Notes under the pieces: generated by a model
Database searches by the model: none
Told to the model about the DNA's origin: nothing
What the model saw: only the letters and a program-made list of their open reading frames with translations
Position numbers and translations under genes: made by a program
Shown here: piece after piece, positions 38,838 to 53,503 of the stretch
Layout: every line of letters starts with the position of its first letter
Numbering within the stretch: the stretch's first letter is position 1
Assembly (NCBI GenBank): GCA_951406725.2
Contig: OX597829.1
Coordinates: 45,508,001-45,572,000 of the forward strand
Source of the DNA: Octopus vulgaris
Lineage: Eukaryota
Reading direction: 5' to 3'
DNA length: 64,000 bases

Positions 38838-39205
38838 TTCTTTTACTCTTTTACTTGTTTCAGTTATTTGACTGTGGCCATGCTGGAGCACTGTCTTTAG
38901 TAGAGCAAATCAACCCCAGGACTTGTTCTTTGTAAGCCTAGTACTTATACTATCGGTCTCTTTTGGGGGAACAAACACAGACACACAAACATATACACAC
39001 ACACATACATACATACATATATATATATGTACATATATACGATGGGCTTCTTTCAGTTTCCGTCTACCAAATCCACTCACAAGGCTTTGGTCGGCCTGAG
39101 GCTATAGTAGAATACACTTGCCCAAGGTGCAACACAGTGGGACTGAACCCAGAACCATGTGATTCGTAAACAAGCTACTTACCACACAGCCACTCCCACG
39201 CCTAT
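38838..39205 (-). mobile_element. SINE family A inside a hAT-like MITE remnant (~38597-39302)
   Basis: Family homology; flanks begin caggggttccc and end gaaaaccaatg. Confidence 0.75.
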
Positions 39206-39544
39206 TATAGTGGATCCCAATTTTATATTTTATTGCATGGACCCCCAAAAATCTTATATGGACCCTCAGGGGCTATATACATACCAGTTGAAAACCAATG
39301 GTCTAAAATATCCAAAATTGAAATAGACAAACTCATAAATAGACTACACACTGAAAAAGAAAACAAAACAGTAGGTATACAAAATGATGAGCTACATGCA
39401 AATGAAAACAATATATAAGAGCCCACCTTTTTCCAAAAACACTTAGGAGTCCGCAAACGAAAGGAACACAACAAAAGTAATCATACATACAATAAGTGGA
39501 AATGCAAATCCATAGTGAAATTAATTCAGAGATACCTTTGTGAG

Positions 39545-39714
39545 CGCAGGAGTGGCTGTGTGGTTAGTAGCTTGCTTATGAACCACATGCTTCCGGGTTC
39601 AGTCCCACTGCATTGGCACCTTGGGCAAGTGTCTTCTGCTATAGCCTCTGGCCAACCAAAGCCATGTGAGTGGATTTGGTAGATGGAAACTGAAAGAAGC
39701 CTGTCATATATATG

Positions 39715-39762
<48 letters not shown>

Positions 39763-40040
39763 TGTATGTATGTATGTATGTATGTATGTATGTATGCATG
39801 TATGTATGTGTGTGTGTGTATTTGTTTGTGTGTCTATGTTTGTACCCCCAACATCGCTTGACAACCGATGCTGGTGTGTTCACGTCCCTGTAATTTAGCG
39901 GTTCAGTAAAAAGAGACCGATAGAATAAGTACTAGGCTTACAAAGAATAAGTCCTGGAGTTGATTTGCTCAACTAAAGGCGGTGCTCCAGCATGGCCACA
40001 GTCAAAGGACTGAAACAAGTAAAAGAGAGTAAAAGAGTAC
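39545..40040 (+). mobile_element. SINE family A
   Basis: Full-length. Confidence 0.9.
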
Positions 40041-40285
40041 AAAAAGCATAATTGTCCTGGTCATTGTATTTGTCACTGTCAATATCGTTGTCCCTGCCAC
40101 CACCGACAACATCATCGTTTAATGTTTGTGTTCCATGCTGGAATGAATTGGTTGATTTGACAGATTCCAATGAGCCGAAGAACTGTGTTGAGCTCCAGTG
40201 TCTGTTTTGGCTTAGTTTCTGTGGCTGGATGCCATTTCTAACACTCACACACACACACACTAATACAAGGAGAGAGAGAGAGAGA

Positions 40286-40331
<46 letters not shown>

Positions 40332-40419
40332 AAGAGAGGCAGACAGACAGACACAGAAAACCCTGAAATTAAAAACAATAGAAAGCAGAGAAACATGCAA
40401 CAAAATAATACACAGGTAC

Positions 40420-40672
40420 ACTGGACTGGCTCCTGTGCAGGTGGCACATAAAAAGCACCATTTGAGCGTGGCCATTGCCAGTACTGCATGAATGGCCCTT
40501 GTGCAAGTGGCACATAAAAGCACCCACTACACTCTCGGAGTGGTTGGCTTTAGGAAGGGCATCCAGCTGTAGAAACTCTGCCAGATCAAGATTGGAGCCT
40601 GGTGCAGCCATCTGGTTCGCCAGTCCTCAGTCAACTCGTCCAACCCATGCTAGCATGGAAAGCGGACATTAA

Positions 40673-40705
<33 letters not shown>
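40420..40705 (+). mobile_element. RTE 3' tail copy
   Basis: Tail motifs and (GAT)n. Confidence 0.85.
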
Positions 40706-40707
<2 letters not shown>

Positions 40708-41224
40708 TCTTCCATTATTTATACTGTTTGGTATATTGTTAAGCTAACAATAATAACTTTACACTGATTCCTTGTGTGCACGTCTGCTCTGCCACCCTGG
40801 TTGGCAGTTAAACACATCCTGTTTACATTAGAATCACAGCAGTGTAGTCAAAACCTTGTCATTATTTCCCTTGTTTATACATATTATTTCACCTAATTTC
40901 CAAATTATTACAGGAAAACTGTTGCTAATTATTGTGATAGTTAATGCTTATGCTAATTATTTTTATTTTTTATTTTTTTTGCAATTAGTTCTGCTTCTGG
41001 TCCTAATAATATTCATCTGGTTCATCTTTATTATTTTATTTAATCGCTGTTATTATATTTCTTGTTTTTGTTTCTCTTTGGCTGTGTGGTCAGAAGCTTG
41101 CTTCCCAACCACATGGTTCTGGGTTCATTCTCACTGCATGGCACATTGGCCAAATGTCTTCCGCTATAACTTCAGAAAGGCCTTTGGGAATGGATATGGT
41201 AGACAGAAACTGAAAGAAGCCAGT

Positions 41225-41261
<37 letters not shown>

Positions 41262-41717
41262 CCCCTCATCACCACTTAGCAACCAGTGTTGGTGTGTTTA
41301 CATCCCCATAGGTTAATGTTTTTGCAAAAGAGACCAAAGAAATAAGAACTAGGCTTTAAAAATCAAGAAAGATAAGTACTTGGGTCAATTCATTTGGCTA
41401 AAAGTTTCTGAAGGTGGTACCCCAGCATGGCCGCAGTCTAATGACTGAAACAAGTAAAAGAAAAGATAAAAGATAGTATATGCTGAATAATGCTTGAAAA
41501 ATTCTTTATAAAAAAAGATAACAACAAACAAAGAAACAAAGAAAAACAACAACTGAAGTTGGACATTCCAATAGTTGTTGAGACAGTGATATTTTGGTTG
41601 GGGTTGGTTTTGGAAGTAAGAAGGAGATGGTAGGATCTCTGAAATGTTTGTACACCTGTCAGGTAATCTGTTTAAGCCTTTAGCATTCAGATTATTCTGT
41701 CTGATGTAATCATTATT

Positions 41718-41927
41718 TACTCTTTTACTCTTTTACTTGTTTCAGTCATTTGACTGTGGCCATGCTGGAGCACCACCTTTTAGTCGAGCAAATCGACCCC
41801 AGGACTGATTCTTTGTAAGCCTATTACTTATTCTATAAGTCTCTTTTGCCAAACCGCTAAGTTACGGGGATGTAAACACACCAGCATCAGTTGTCAAGCG
41901 ATGTTGGGGGGACAAACAGACACACAA

Positions 41928-41974
<47 letters not shown>

Positions 41975-42148
41975 CACATATATACGATGGGCTTCTTTCA
42001 GTTTCCATCTACTAAATCCACTCACAAGGTTTTGGTTGGCCCTAGGCTATAGTAGAAGACACTTGCCCAAGGTGCCACACAGTGGGACTGAATCCGGAAT
42101 CATGTGGTTCCTAAGCAAGCTACTTACCACACAGCTGCTCCTATGCCT
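41718..42148 (-). mobile_element. SINE family A
   Basis: Full-length. Confidence 0.9.
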
Positions 42149-42377
42149 AGGTGAATTTATTCACATTGTTTGAAATTAAACAATCATTATCTTTTTGCAT
42201 TGAGAGTTTCATGATAAGCTTGTTTATTCTTTCATTCTTTCATTCTTTTATTCTTTTATAAATCGACTCCAGAATGTATTCTTTGTTAGCCTGGTAATTA
42301 TTCTATGAGTCTCTTTGCCAAACCATCAAATGACATGGACATAAACACACCAACATCAGTTGTCAAGCAAACACAAA

Positions 42378-42471
<94 letters not shown>

Positions 42472-42674
42472 ATGTAATTACATGTGGATCATTGGTGATT
42501 TTTTTTCCTCCGTCTTCCTTTTCTCTTGGACTTTCCTCTCTCTCCTCCATCTGAAGAAGAGCTTTGCTCGAAATGTAAAAACTACCTTTATTTCTTTCTC
42601 TGAGTGCTTGCCAATACTTTGCATGTATGATGATGATGATGGTGATGGTGGTGGCGGCAGTGGTAGCGATGAAG

Positions 42675-42715
<41 letters not shown>

Positions 42716-42716
42716 C

Positions 42717-42762
<46 letters not shown>

Positions 42763-42776
42763 CATCATCGCTATTA

Positions 42777-42811
<35 letters not shown>

Positions 42812-42908
42812 TTGGCATCCTCTTTGTCTCGGGAGACAATGGAGTTGCGCATAAAATAATCTAGTCCGGCTTTTACATTTCATGTCCTGATACATTTCCT
42901 GCTGTGGC

Positions 42909-42978
42909 TGTGTAGTCCTATCCTGGACAAACACTCCCTCTGGCAGGTGGGAGTGTTTTTCCAGGATAGGACTATATA
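42909..42978. repeat. 70-nt near-perfect hairpin
   Basis: tagtcctatcctggacaaacactccc / gggagtgtttttccaggataggacta with a 10-nt loop. Confidence 0.85.
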
Positions 42979-43557
42979 TGTTTTCATATATATATATATA
43001 TATGTATGTATGTATATATATGTATAAGAGTTTACAAAACAACATTATTTATGAAAAAATCTGTCAAGTTTACAAAAACCACTTTTGGCATGGCTTTTTC
43101 AAAGATCAGCTCCTTGCAGCAGCTGAAACAATAACACCATTAGATTGCTGACATTTAATGAACGGTTAATGTGGTATGGTTATTAAGAGTAAATTGATAC
43201 TAGATTCATATTAAACACTCATAACCACCACACTTATTAGCTGAATGCTCCTAAGACTAATTGCCATAGAAAGCAATTTATCTATTTCCTGTACACACAT
43301 ACACACATACATACATACATACATGCATACATACATACATACATACATACATACATACATACATACGTGCATATATACATACATAGATGGTGGCATGGTT
43401 GAGTCATAAGAGATTTTCTTTTCAAAGGCATGGTTTCAGGTTCAGTCCATCTGTGTGGCACCTTGCAAACCAAAGTCTTGAGTGGCTTTAGTAGATGGAA
43501 ACTGTTAGAATCCCTTTGTATGTGCATGTGAGTGTATATTTATACATATATATATAG

Positions 43558-43598
<41 letters not shown>

Positions 43599-43609
43599 TA
43601 GATAGATAG

Positions 43610-43706
<97 letters not shown>

Positions 43707-44843
43707 TATGTATGTACGTATCTATATATATATATATATATATTACCGTTAACAAAATTTGGGATGCATGGCATTCAGTTAATTTCTCTCTCTGCCGCTC
43801 TGTCTCTCTCCCTTTCTCTCATCCTCCTTCCCCTCTATCTGCTGCCCACATGTGGCTCATGACTAATTTTCCCTTTTCGCCACCGGATACCTAACCTGCC
43901 GGTTAACATTTTCTCCTCTCTTACTTTTTCTCTCTTTTTTTACATCCATTGAGGATTTCTTCTAGGTACTACTCATCATTCTCATGTTTGGCCAAAAGGC
44001 CTTATATATTGTTTTCATCTAGCATTTCAAATTAAATTTGTTTGCTTTTGTATGTCCATCCCATATTGTCTTGTTTGCTCAAGCCCTAATTCTAATTCTA
44101 CGCATGAAACTGGGTATTAGTCTTTTCAGTCAATACCTAATGAAGAATTAGGGTCCTTCTGTGTCTGTCCTACATGTATGTTTTGTAGTATTTCATGCAT
44201 TTTTCAATATCATATCTATATGTTTATATGATGTATGTGTCATCATCATCATCATAATCATCATCATTTCATATCTACTTTCCATGCCGGCATAAGTTAG
44301 ACAGTTTGATTGAAGCTAGTAAACCAGGGGCTGCACCAGGTTCCAGTCTGATTTGGCATGGTCTCTATGGCTAGATGCTATTCCTGACACCAACCATTCT
44401 AAGAGTGCAATGGATGCTTTTACATGCCTCCAGCTTGGGTGCCATCTACATAGCACTGGCAACAACTACAATATATATATATATATATCATCATCATCAT
44501 CATCGTTTAACGTCCGCTTTCCATGCTAGCATGGGTTGGACGGTTCAACTGGAGTCTGGCAAGCCCGAAGGCTGCACCAGGCCAGTCAGATCTGGCAGTG
44601 TTTCTACAGCTGGATGCCCTTCCTAACGCCAACCACTCCGAGTATATATGTATATATATATTATATTATGTATGTATATGTATATATATGCATATATATG
44701 AACATATATATATATATGCATATATATATAAGAAATTAAAGAAGGAAAATGCACACACTTTACATGGTTTTAATATAGTTTTTAATGTATTTTATATTGT
44801 GCTTGTCAACCGGTTTTGCTTTTGCTAATCATACCATTAAAAT

Positions 44844-44893
<50 letters not shown>

Positions 44894-44896
44894 TAC

Positions 44897-45400
44897 ATTG
44901 AGTCATCCCATAGATAATGCAGTTTTTTCAATTGCATGAACTAAAAGCCAGAGGGGGACGCAAAAACTACCTGCAACAATTTGCTATAAAAGCAGGTATT
45001 AATTTTACCTAGTCTTTATTCTTAGTGCAAGTTTTTAAGAGTGCAGTTTGATTTTAACAGTTATTTTCCCAAAGCTATAATGGAAGTGACAAAGGAGCAT
45101 ATTCGGCATATTTTGCCTTATGAAGTCAATAAAGGTAATAACACAATAGAAAAGGCAAGGGATATTAATGCAGTATATGGGGATTGAACAGTAAGCATAT
45201 GCCAATGTCTGCAGTGATTCTGGAAATTCGAAGTCAGAAACTATAGCCTAGAAGACAAGCCTCATCCTTGAAGATCCATTATAACTGTTGATGAACTAGC
45301 AGAGAAGCTTGGATTTAGTCATTCAATCATTCATTGACACCTGTGTGCCATCGAAAAAGTCAGAAAATTGAGTCAATGTCTTCCTTACAAACTTTCTGAG
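44897..45400 (+). mobile_element. Mariner 5' fragment
   Basis: TIR-like ttgagtcatcccata; MEVTKEHIRHILPYEVNKG; related to the 1256 element. Confidence 0.8.
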
Positions 45401-46077
45401 TGGAAGCAATAACTATTGCTTCCACTCTGGAGTCACCGACAAGAAACTTGCTGGGAATGAGACCTAAACATAACAAAATGAAATGGGCTTGAGATGAGAC
45501 CATAAGTGGACAGATATGGATGGGGGTCCTTTCCCTTGGATAACATCAGTGGCATGGAGAGGGGAGGCTGGTATGCATGGGCAACTGCTGGTCTTTCATA
45601 ATTAACCATGTGCCTTGGAGGGGAACTTTCTAGGTGCAATCCTGTGGTCATTCATTACCAAAGAGGATCTTTCCTTTTTCCTCAATCTGTAGAGTACTCA
45701 GCCACTTGCACATTAATTTCATGAAGAGGCTGTATTGTTAATTGGATCAACTGGAACCACTTGCGTAGCTAGAGTGTGTGCTGCCTGGGATGATCCTTCC
45801 GTTTGCTGACCCCAGACCCCACAAAAAACATATATTGCCTACAGCAGACCCAAAAGTGCCTAGTATTTATTCTATCAGTCTTTTTTGCCAAACCACTAAG
45901 TTATAGGGGATGTAAACACACTAACATTGTAAACACACCAGCATTGGGGATGTAAACACAGACACAAAGAGATACACACACAAGCTTGAATATATATATA
46001 CATACATATACACATATATATACATATACATAGGCATATATGTGTGTGAGTGTGTGTGTGTGTATCTGTGTGTGTTG

Positions 46078-46497
46078 CATATGGATGAGGACAGCTCATC
46101 CATATGTGAAAAAGTGTCACATCCTAACAGTGGAAGGAACCCATGGAAGAGGTAGACCCAGGAAGACCTAGGATGAAGTGGTGAAGCACGACCTTCAAAC
46201 ATTGGGCCTCACAGAGGCAATGACAAGTGACTGAAACCTTTGGCGATATGTTGTGCATGAGAGGACCTGGCAAGCCAAGTGAGACCATAACCTTGGCTTA
46301 TACCAGTGTCACATAACTAGCCCATTGGGCAATAAACTATGCTTGAGAAGACTTGTTGAGTCAAGTGAAATCATTGTCATTGCTGATGCTAATACGGCAT
46401 GACTAGCACCTGTGCTGGTGGCATGTAAAAAGCACCATTGGAGAGTGGTCAATACCAGTCCCTCTAGACTGGTTCCCATGCAGGTGGCATGTAAAAT
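46078..46497 (+). mobile_element. RTE 3' fragment (ORF end and UTR)
   Basis: Homologous to the region from 18680 onward. Confidence 0.8.
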
Positions 46498-46694
46498 GTA
46501 CATATGTGTGTGTGTGTGTGTGTGTGTATGTGTGTGTGTGTGTGTACGTGTGTGACAAGCTCCTTTCAGTTTCTCTCTACCAAATCCACTCACAAGCTTT
46601 TGGTTGGCCTGAGGCTATAGTAGAAGAGACTTGTCCAAGGTTCCATGCAGTGGGACAGAACCTAAAACCATTTGGTTGGGAAGCAAGTTTCTTA

Positions 46695-46922
46695 TTTCTT
46701 TATTATCCACAAGGGGCTAAACATAGAAGGACAAACAAGGACAGACAAAGGGATTAAGTCAATTACATCGACCCTAGTGCGTAACTGGTACTTAATTTAT
46801 CGATCCGGAAAGGACGAAAGGCAAAGTCGACCTCGGCGGAATTTGAACTCAGAACATAATGGCAGACGAAATACTGCTAAGCATTTCACCGGGCGTGCTA
46901 ATGTTTCTGCCAGCTCGCCGCC
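46695..46922 (-). mobile_element. SINE-B inserted into SINE-A with 21-bp TSD
   Basis: ggttgggaagcaagtttctta at 46674-46694 and 46923-46943. Confidence 0.9.
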
Positions 46923-46973
46923 GGTTGGGAAGCAAGTTTCTTACCACACAGCCATGCCTGTGCCGATATATAG

Positions 46974-47014
<41 letters not shown>

Positions 47015-47018
<4 letters not shown>

Positions 47019-47401
47019 GAAAAAAAAATGCTTTCTAATTGATGTATCAATACCGGCAGATGACAACGTGTCTCTAAAAGAAATGGAGAAACTTTCAAAA
47101 TACAAAGACCTGGAAATAGAGGTAACCAGAACGTGGAATCTGAAAACAGAAACAATTCCTATCATAGTAGGTGCATTAGGCACGATAAAAAAATATTCAG
47201 ACAAATACATAACAAAAACACCAGGACTTACAAACACATATAACATACAGAAAATTGCACTACTAGGCACTGCACACATCCTACGCAGAACACTTTCCAT
47301 ACAATAACCATCAGAGCATCACAACAAATCACAGCACATACCCAAGGCACACAGAGCTGCGCTCGGTAGTGAAGTGAAAGCACGCTATAAAAATAAAACT
47401 A

Positions 47402-47406
<5 letters not shown>
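47015..47406 (+). mobile_element. Dong/R4-like LINE 3' end in (TAA)n
   Basis: LIDVSIP..EKLSKYKDLEIE..PIIVGALG..IQKIALLGTAHILRR (restriction-like endonuclease C-terminus); TAA runs on both sides. Confidence 0.9.
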
Positions 47407-47500
<94 letters not shown>

Positions 47501-48759
47501 ATCCTATATATATGCATGACCAACCTGTTCAACTCTCAAAAGAAAATTTTATGGTCCTCATATAAACAAGACTCTTTATTTGAAAATAACAAAGTAAAGA
47601 CACTACAGAACTTTAGCATACATAGAGATAGCGCACAATAAGAGGGCATATAGTAACATATATTCATACAGCAGATGACATGATAAGACTGACATAATTT
47701 TCTACAATAAAACTGACAATTGTGCAGTGTTTATCGACATAAGAAATGTGCAGAAGCAATCTGGGAGGCCATGAAATTGCAACAAACAGGTTGTTGAATT
47801 TAAAATATTATACTTTCTTTTATCGTTTTTGTTGGTATTGGTGTTGGTGTTATTAATGTTTATCTCTTGGTATATCCTGATTCAGTAAGCATATACCCTG
47901 GGAGACAAGTTGCACTGGATTAACCATTAAGCAGGATAAGCACTTTCTTAGGGCATCAAGGGGAAGGAGGTGGGACAGCACAAAAATGGTAAATGGTCAA
48001 CAGCACAAAAGAAATCCCAGTTAAACTTGCTGAAATAATCTTCAAAGTTGTTTATATGATCAGAAATATAATTCCAAAGTGTTCATGGTGTCATAGTGAA
48101 AATCTGATCAAAGACTTTGCAATTAAAAAAAAAGATAGGACAAAACTTTTCAAATATAAATAAAGTGGAAGTATACTATAAAACAAAAAAAAAATGAACC
48201 TGACAGCTCTCAAAAATTAAGTAAAAAACAGGAAAACTAATCCAGAATCTTTGTCCAGTATCAGATTGATTTCAAAATTTAATCAGTTTGTGCCAGTCAC
48301 AAGGCCAAACATCCATGAAAGTTTCATCCAAATCCATCTGGCAGTTCTTGAGATATCATGTCCATGGACAAACAAACAAACATGACAGAAAACAAGGTGG
48401 TGGTAATAAACATTATTTTCTATCTTGCTGTTAGTTTTGCTGCACTTTTAAAAATAAAAATTTATTTTATGGTTTTTTTATTGCTTATATTTTGAATTAC
48501 ATACATATGGGTGCACCAAAATCTTTTAAGTGCTTAGGGCCTCCATGGGTCTTAGTCTTTGCCCTGGACACAAGTGTATGGGCAAAGGCATATCTGACAG
48601 CAATTCTGGTCTATGTTTACAATGAACCTTCATTCTTAAAAGTACAGCAGGTGGTGAAACAGCTATTATCCCCTTTTGATTGGAAGAATTTCTCTGGAAA
48701 ATTCGTAGTGTTTTTTCTAATTGTTACTTTGATGGTAATTCACCATCATAATTTTTAAA

Positions 48760-49830
48760 CAGGTCAGTAAGGTGAGAGTTGGCCATGAATACAGTGATGA
48801 ATTTAGCATTCAGGCAGGGGTTCACCAGGGCTCAGTTCTCAACCCACTTTTATTGTCCTCCAGGCCATAACAAAGGGATTCAAAACTGGGTGCCCATGGG
48901 AACTACTATATGCTGATGACCTTGCTCTTATTGCAGAATCTTTAGTAGAATTAGAGAAAAAATTCCTGGTACGGAAACAAAACCAGGAATCAAAGGGCCT
49001 TAAAGTTAACCTAGCTAAGACAAAAGTGGTTGGTAGTAAGAAAGAAGATAAAATTTTCTTTCCATTAGGTAAATGGCCCTGCTCAATATGTAGGAAAAGA
49101 GTTGGATGAAATTCCATTCACTGCACCCAGCATAAACTATGTACACATAAGAGGTGCAGTGGTAACAGGTAGATTAACAGATAGAGTTGTCTTTGTAATT
49201 GGCACAAAGAGCACAGGAATTAGATTCTCTCAAATGCCAAGGAGGCTCTCTTGAAGTTGTAGATAGTTTCTGTTACCTAGGTGACCAAATCAGAGCCATG
49301 GTGGAGGATGCTCTGAAAGTATTGTTACTAGAATAAGAATTGGGTAGAGGAAGTTCAGAGAGCTACTACTTCTGTTGGCCACAAAAAGGCCTCTCCCTCA
49401 GAATGAAAGGTAGACTAGATGATGCTTGTGTATGAATGACTGTACTCCATGGTTGTGAGACATGGGCTCTGAATGCTGAAGTCATGCATAGACTGGAGAG
49501 AAACGAAGGTAGTATGCTCTGTTGGATGTGCAACATCAGTGCACATGTACAACAAAGTGCAAATGTATTGAGAGAAAAGTTGGACATAAAAAGAATCAAA
49601 TGTAACATAAAAGAAAGACTATGTTGGTTTGGACATGTGATGTGCATGAATGAGGACAGATGCATAAAGAAGTGCTGATCACTGAAAGTGGATGGTATTT
49701 GTGGAAGAGGGAGACCCAGGAAGACATGGGCTGAAGTGGTATGGACTGATCTCAGGAAGATGGACCTCACAGAGGAAATGACAATGGACCAAGATGTCAG
49801 GCAATATGAAGTTCTTGAGATGACTCACCC
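48760..49830 (+). mobile_element. Old degenerate RTE fragment (RT C-terminal half)
   Basis: HQGSVL, LLYADDL, WPCSIC, LHGCETW, GRGRPRKTW with many stops. Confidence 0.9.
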
Positions 49831-50544
49831 ACATCAGTGAAACTAAGTGCTGTGTGTCCCACCCACACTTAACTAGAAAACTTCTCACACACTCTACCAC
49901 AACAGACCAAACTATATCTCTACATCTCTTCTCTTCCTTACATCATGTACTATGCTAACTTCCCACTCCCCGATCTTGTCCTCTTGACCCGGTGCCACTG
50001 TATCATTGCTCTCTGCTTGCCCCCGACCTGTGCATTCTACACACATTCCTTGTCTCATTCTATTTTTGCTATCTGCTGGCTCCGACCTGGGTGTTCCACC
50101 CACACATAACAAGAAAACTTTTTCTTCACCCTACCTCAACAAACCAATCTACATTTCCTCTTTCTCACATTTCCTCCTTCATTCAATATGCCAAGCTCTC
50201 ACACCCTTATTCCTCTGTACCATTGCTACCCGGTAACCCCTCCAACTCTCTATATATACCTAGATCTTTTGCCACTTACACTTTTTAATTGCACTCTCTT
50301 TACAATATCCTGTCACTTATAATATTGGATTTGAACCTCAAGGTTTCTATGGTTGGATGGCTTCCCTACAGTCATCCACTTTACAGAGTGTGCTGGATGT
50401 GTTTTTTTTTTTACATGGCACAATACAAAATGAAATAAATTTTGAAAGGCTTTTAGTTAAACAATACCAAAAGATTATTTATAAAGCCTTCACTGAGAAA
50501 GCCATCCTAAATCAAAATAATCTATCCAATTTAAAAGTACTGTT

Positions 50545-50764
50545 TTACTGTTTACTGTTTGCTGTTTTACTTGTTTCAGTCATTTGACTGCGGCCATGCT
50601 GGAGCACCGCCTTTAGTCGAGCAAATCGACCCCGGAACTTATTCTTTGTAAGCCCAGTACTTATTCTATCGGTCTCTTTTGCCGAACAGCTAAGTGACGA
50701 GGACGTAAACACACCAGCATCGGTTGTCAAGCAATGCTAGGGGGACAAACACACAGACACACAA

Positions 50765-50797
<33 letters not shown>

Positions 50798-51447
50798 CAT
50801 ATATACGACAGGCTTCTTTCAGTTTCCGTCTACCAAATCCACTCACAAGGCATTGGTCGGCCCGGGGCTATAGCAGAAGACACTTGCCCAAGATGCCACG
50901 CAGTGGGACTGAACCCGGAACCATGTGGTTGGTTAGCAAGCTACTTACCACACAGCCACTCCTGCGTCCTGTTAATATAATTATTCATTTTCCTAAAAAT
51001 GAAGATAGAGGTAAAATTAAAAACTTTCTGAGTTCTTTCAATGATTACTCCTTTACTCTTTTACTGGTTTCAGTCATTTGACTGTGGCCATGCTGGAGCA
51101 CCACCTCTAGTCGAGGAAATCCACCCCAGGACTTATTCTTTGTAAGCTTAGTATTTATTCTATCATTCGCTTTTGCTGAACCGCTAGGTTACAGGGATGT
51201 AAACACACCACCATTGGTTGTCGAACGATGTTGGGTGGGGGAACAAACACAAATACTCAAACACACACATATATACATATATACCACAGGCTTCTTTCAG
51301 TTTCCATCTACCAAATTCACTCACAAGGCTTTGGTTGGCCTGAGGCTATAGTAGAAGACACTTGCCTAAGGGGCCACACAGTGGGACTGAACCCGAAACC
51401 ATGTGGTTGGTAAGCAAGCTACTTACCACACAGCCACTCCTGCGCCT
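50545..51447 (-). mobile_element. Two adjacent SINE family A copies (50545-50965 and 51045-51447)
   Basis: Family homology; the first copy retains most CpGs (young). Confidence 0.9.
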
Positions 51448-51814
51448 CATTCTTTACATTTAAACTGAATATATTTTATCTCAAAAGTAGCATTTTAAAT
51501 TATTAAACATCTTAAATTAAAAATTTTATCATTTAGTTGTATGAAAGACAAAGTAGACCCTGGAGGAATTTGAACTCAGAACATAAAAAAAGGTGAAATG
51601 CCACTGGACATTTTGTCTGGTATGCTAATGATTCTGCCAGCTTGCTGTCTTAAAAACAACAATAGCAGCAGCAGCAACAATAATATTGGCCCAGAAACGA
51701 GAAAAATCAAAGCCGACCTCGGCAGGGTTTGAATTCAGAATGTAAATATGGACAAAATGCTATTAAACATTTTGCTAGTGTGCTAACGATTCTACCAGCT
51801 TGTTAACTTTGTAA

Positions 51815-51851
51815 TAATAATAGCAGCAGCAGCAGCAGCAGCAGTAGCAAC

Positions 51852-51904
<53 letters not shown>

Positions 51905-52087
51905 AGGTAGTAGTAGTAGTAGAGGTAGTAGTAGTAGTTGTAGCTGCAGCAATAGTAGTAGTAGCAGCAGCAGCAGCAGTAGTAGTAGTAGTTGTAGCAG
52001 CAGCAGCTGCAGCAGTAGTGGTAGCGGTAGCAGCAGCAGCAGTAGCAGCAGCAGTAGTAGTAGTAGTAGTAGCAGCAGCAGCAGCAG

Positions 52088-52127
<40 letters not shown>
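51815..52127. repeat. (TAG/CAG)n array
   Basis: Direct reading. Confidence 0.95.
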
Positions 52128-52128
<1 letters not shown>

Positions 52129-52371
52129 AAGTTTCAAGGCCTAAAACTTTGAGAGCGGCCAGTCGATTACATTAACCCCAGTGTTCAACTGGTACTTGTT
52201 TTATTAACCCAGAAAGGGTGACAGGCAAAGTTGACCTTGGCAGAATTTGAACTCAGAATGTGAAGACAGATGAAATACCACTAAGCATTCTGCCTGGTAA
52301 ACTAACGATTCTAACAGCTCACTGCCTTAAGTAATAATAATAATAATAATAATAATATTAATAATAATAAT

Positions 52372-52835
52372 ATGATCCCTGGCTTACCATCCCTGCAAGA
52401 AGTGCAAAAGATTGTCTTAACTGGTACATTACATGTATTGAGAAGAGCATTGTTGATGTGAGAACTGTTGCTGCTCATGTATTTTAATTTAACTTAAAAA
52501 AAAAAAAAAAAGAACGAACTATTGAGTTTGGTATAATGGCCTACCAATGTATACTATGAGTTTCTTTGCCCTAGGAGTCGGGAAGACACTCGGCAAGAAA
52601 TGGAAGCAAATTTGAAAGAAGAAAAAAAAAGTAATTATAATAATAATAATAATATTTAGTAGTGCAATTTTCTCTAACATACAGAAAATTGCACTACTAG
52701 GCACTGCACACATCCTACGCAGAACACTTTCCATACAATAACCATCAGAGCATCACAACAAATCACAGCACATACCCAAGGCACACAGAGCTGCGCTCGG
52801 TAGTGAAGTGAAAGCACGCTATAAAAATAAAACTA

Positions 52836-52866
<31 letters not shown>

Positions 52867-53456
52867 CAAAACTGCTGACAAATGGTATAAACACCATCCT
52901 GAAGATGTGACTGAGGGAGAAAATGTGTCGATTCTATGGGACTTCCCTATACATACCGACAAAACTATAAAAGCTAATAAACCGGATATTATTATAAAAG
53001 ATCAGACAACATAAGGTGTGTTTATTAATTGATATGAGTATTCCTTGCGATCACAATATAGCGGCAAAAGAATTTGACAAGATCAGTAAACTTGCTAATA
53101 GAAATTGAAAAAAATGTGGCGTCTCAAGGCGACTACAGTATCAGTGATTGTAGGATCTCTAGGAATGATAAAAAAGGTACGGAAACCTATTTGAAAATGA
53201 TACCAGGCTTACCATCCCTACAGGAAGTGCAAAAAATCGAATTAACTGGAATGACTCATGTACTGAGAAGAGCATTATTGCTGTGAAAGAAACATCCATT
53301 CATGAATTTATTTATTTATAAATTTTTTGAAATACATATTTTACCTGAGAATTTGCATGTGTAATCTGGGAACGCATACAATGAGCTTCTCTGCCCTAGG
53401 TGTACGGAAAACACTCGGCGTGAAAATGGAAGAAAATTTGAAGAAAGAAGGAAAGA

Positions 53457-53458
<2 letters not shown>
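52372..53458 (+). mobile_element. Three stacked Dong/R4-like 3' ends separated by (TAA)n
   Basis: 52372-52630, 52677-52840 and 52866-53458; WDFPIHTDKTIKANKPDII motif in the last. Confidence 0.85.
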
Positions 53459-53503
<45 letters not shown>

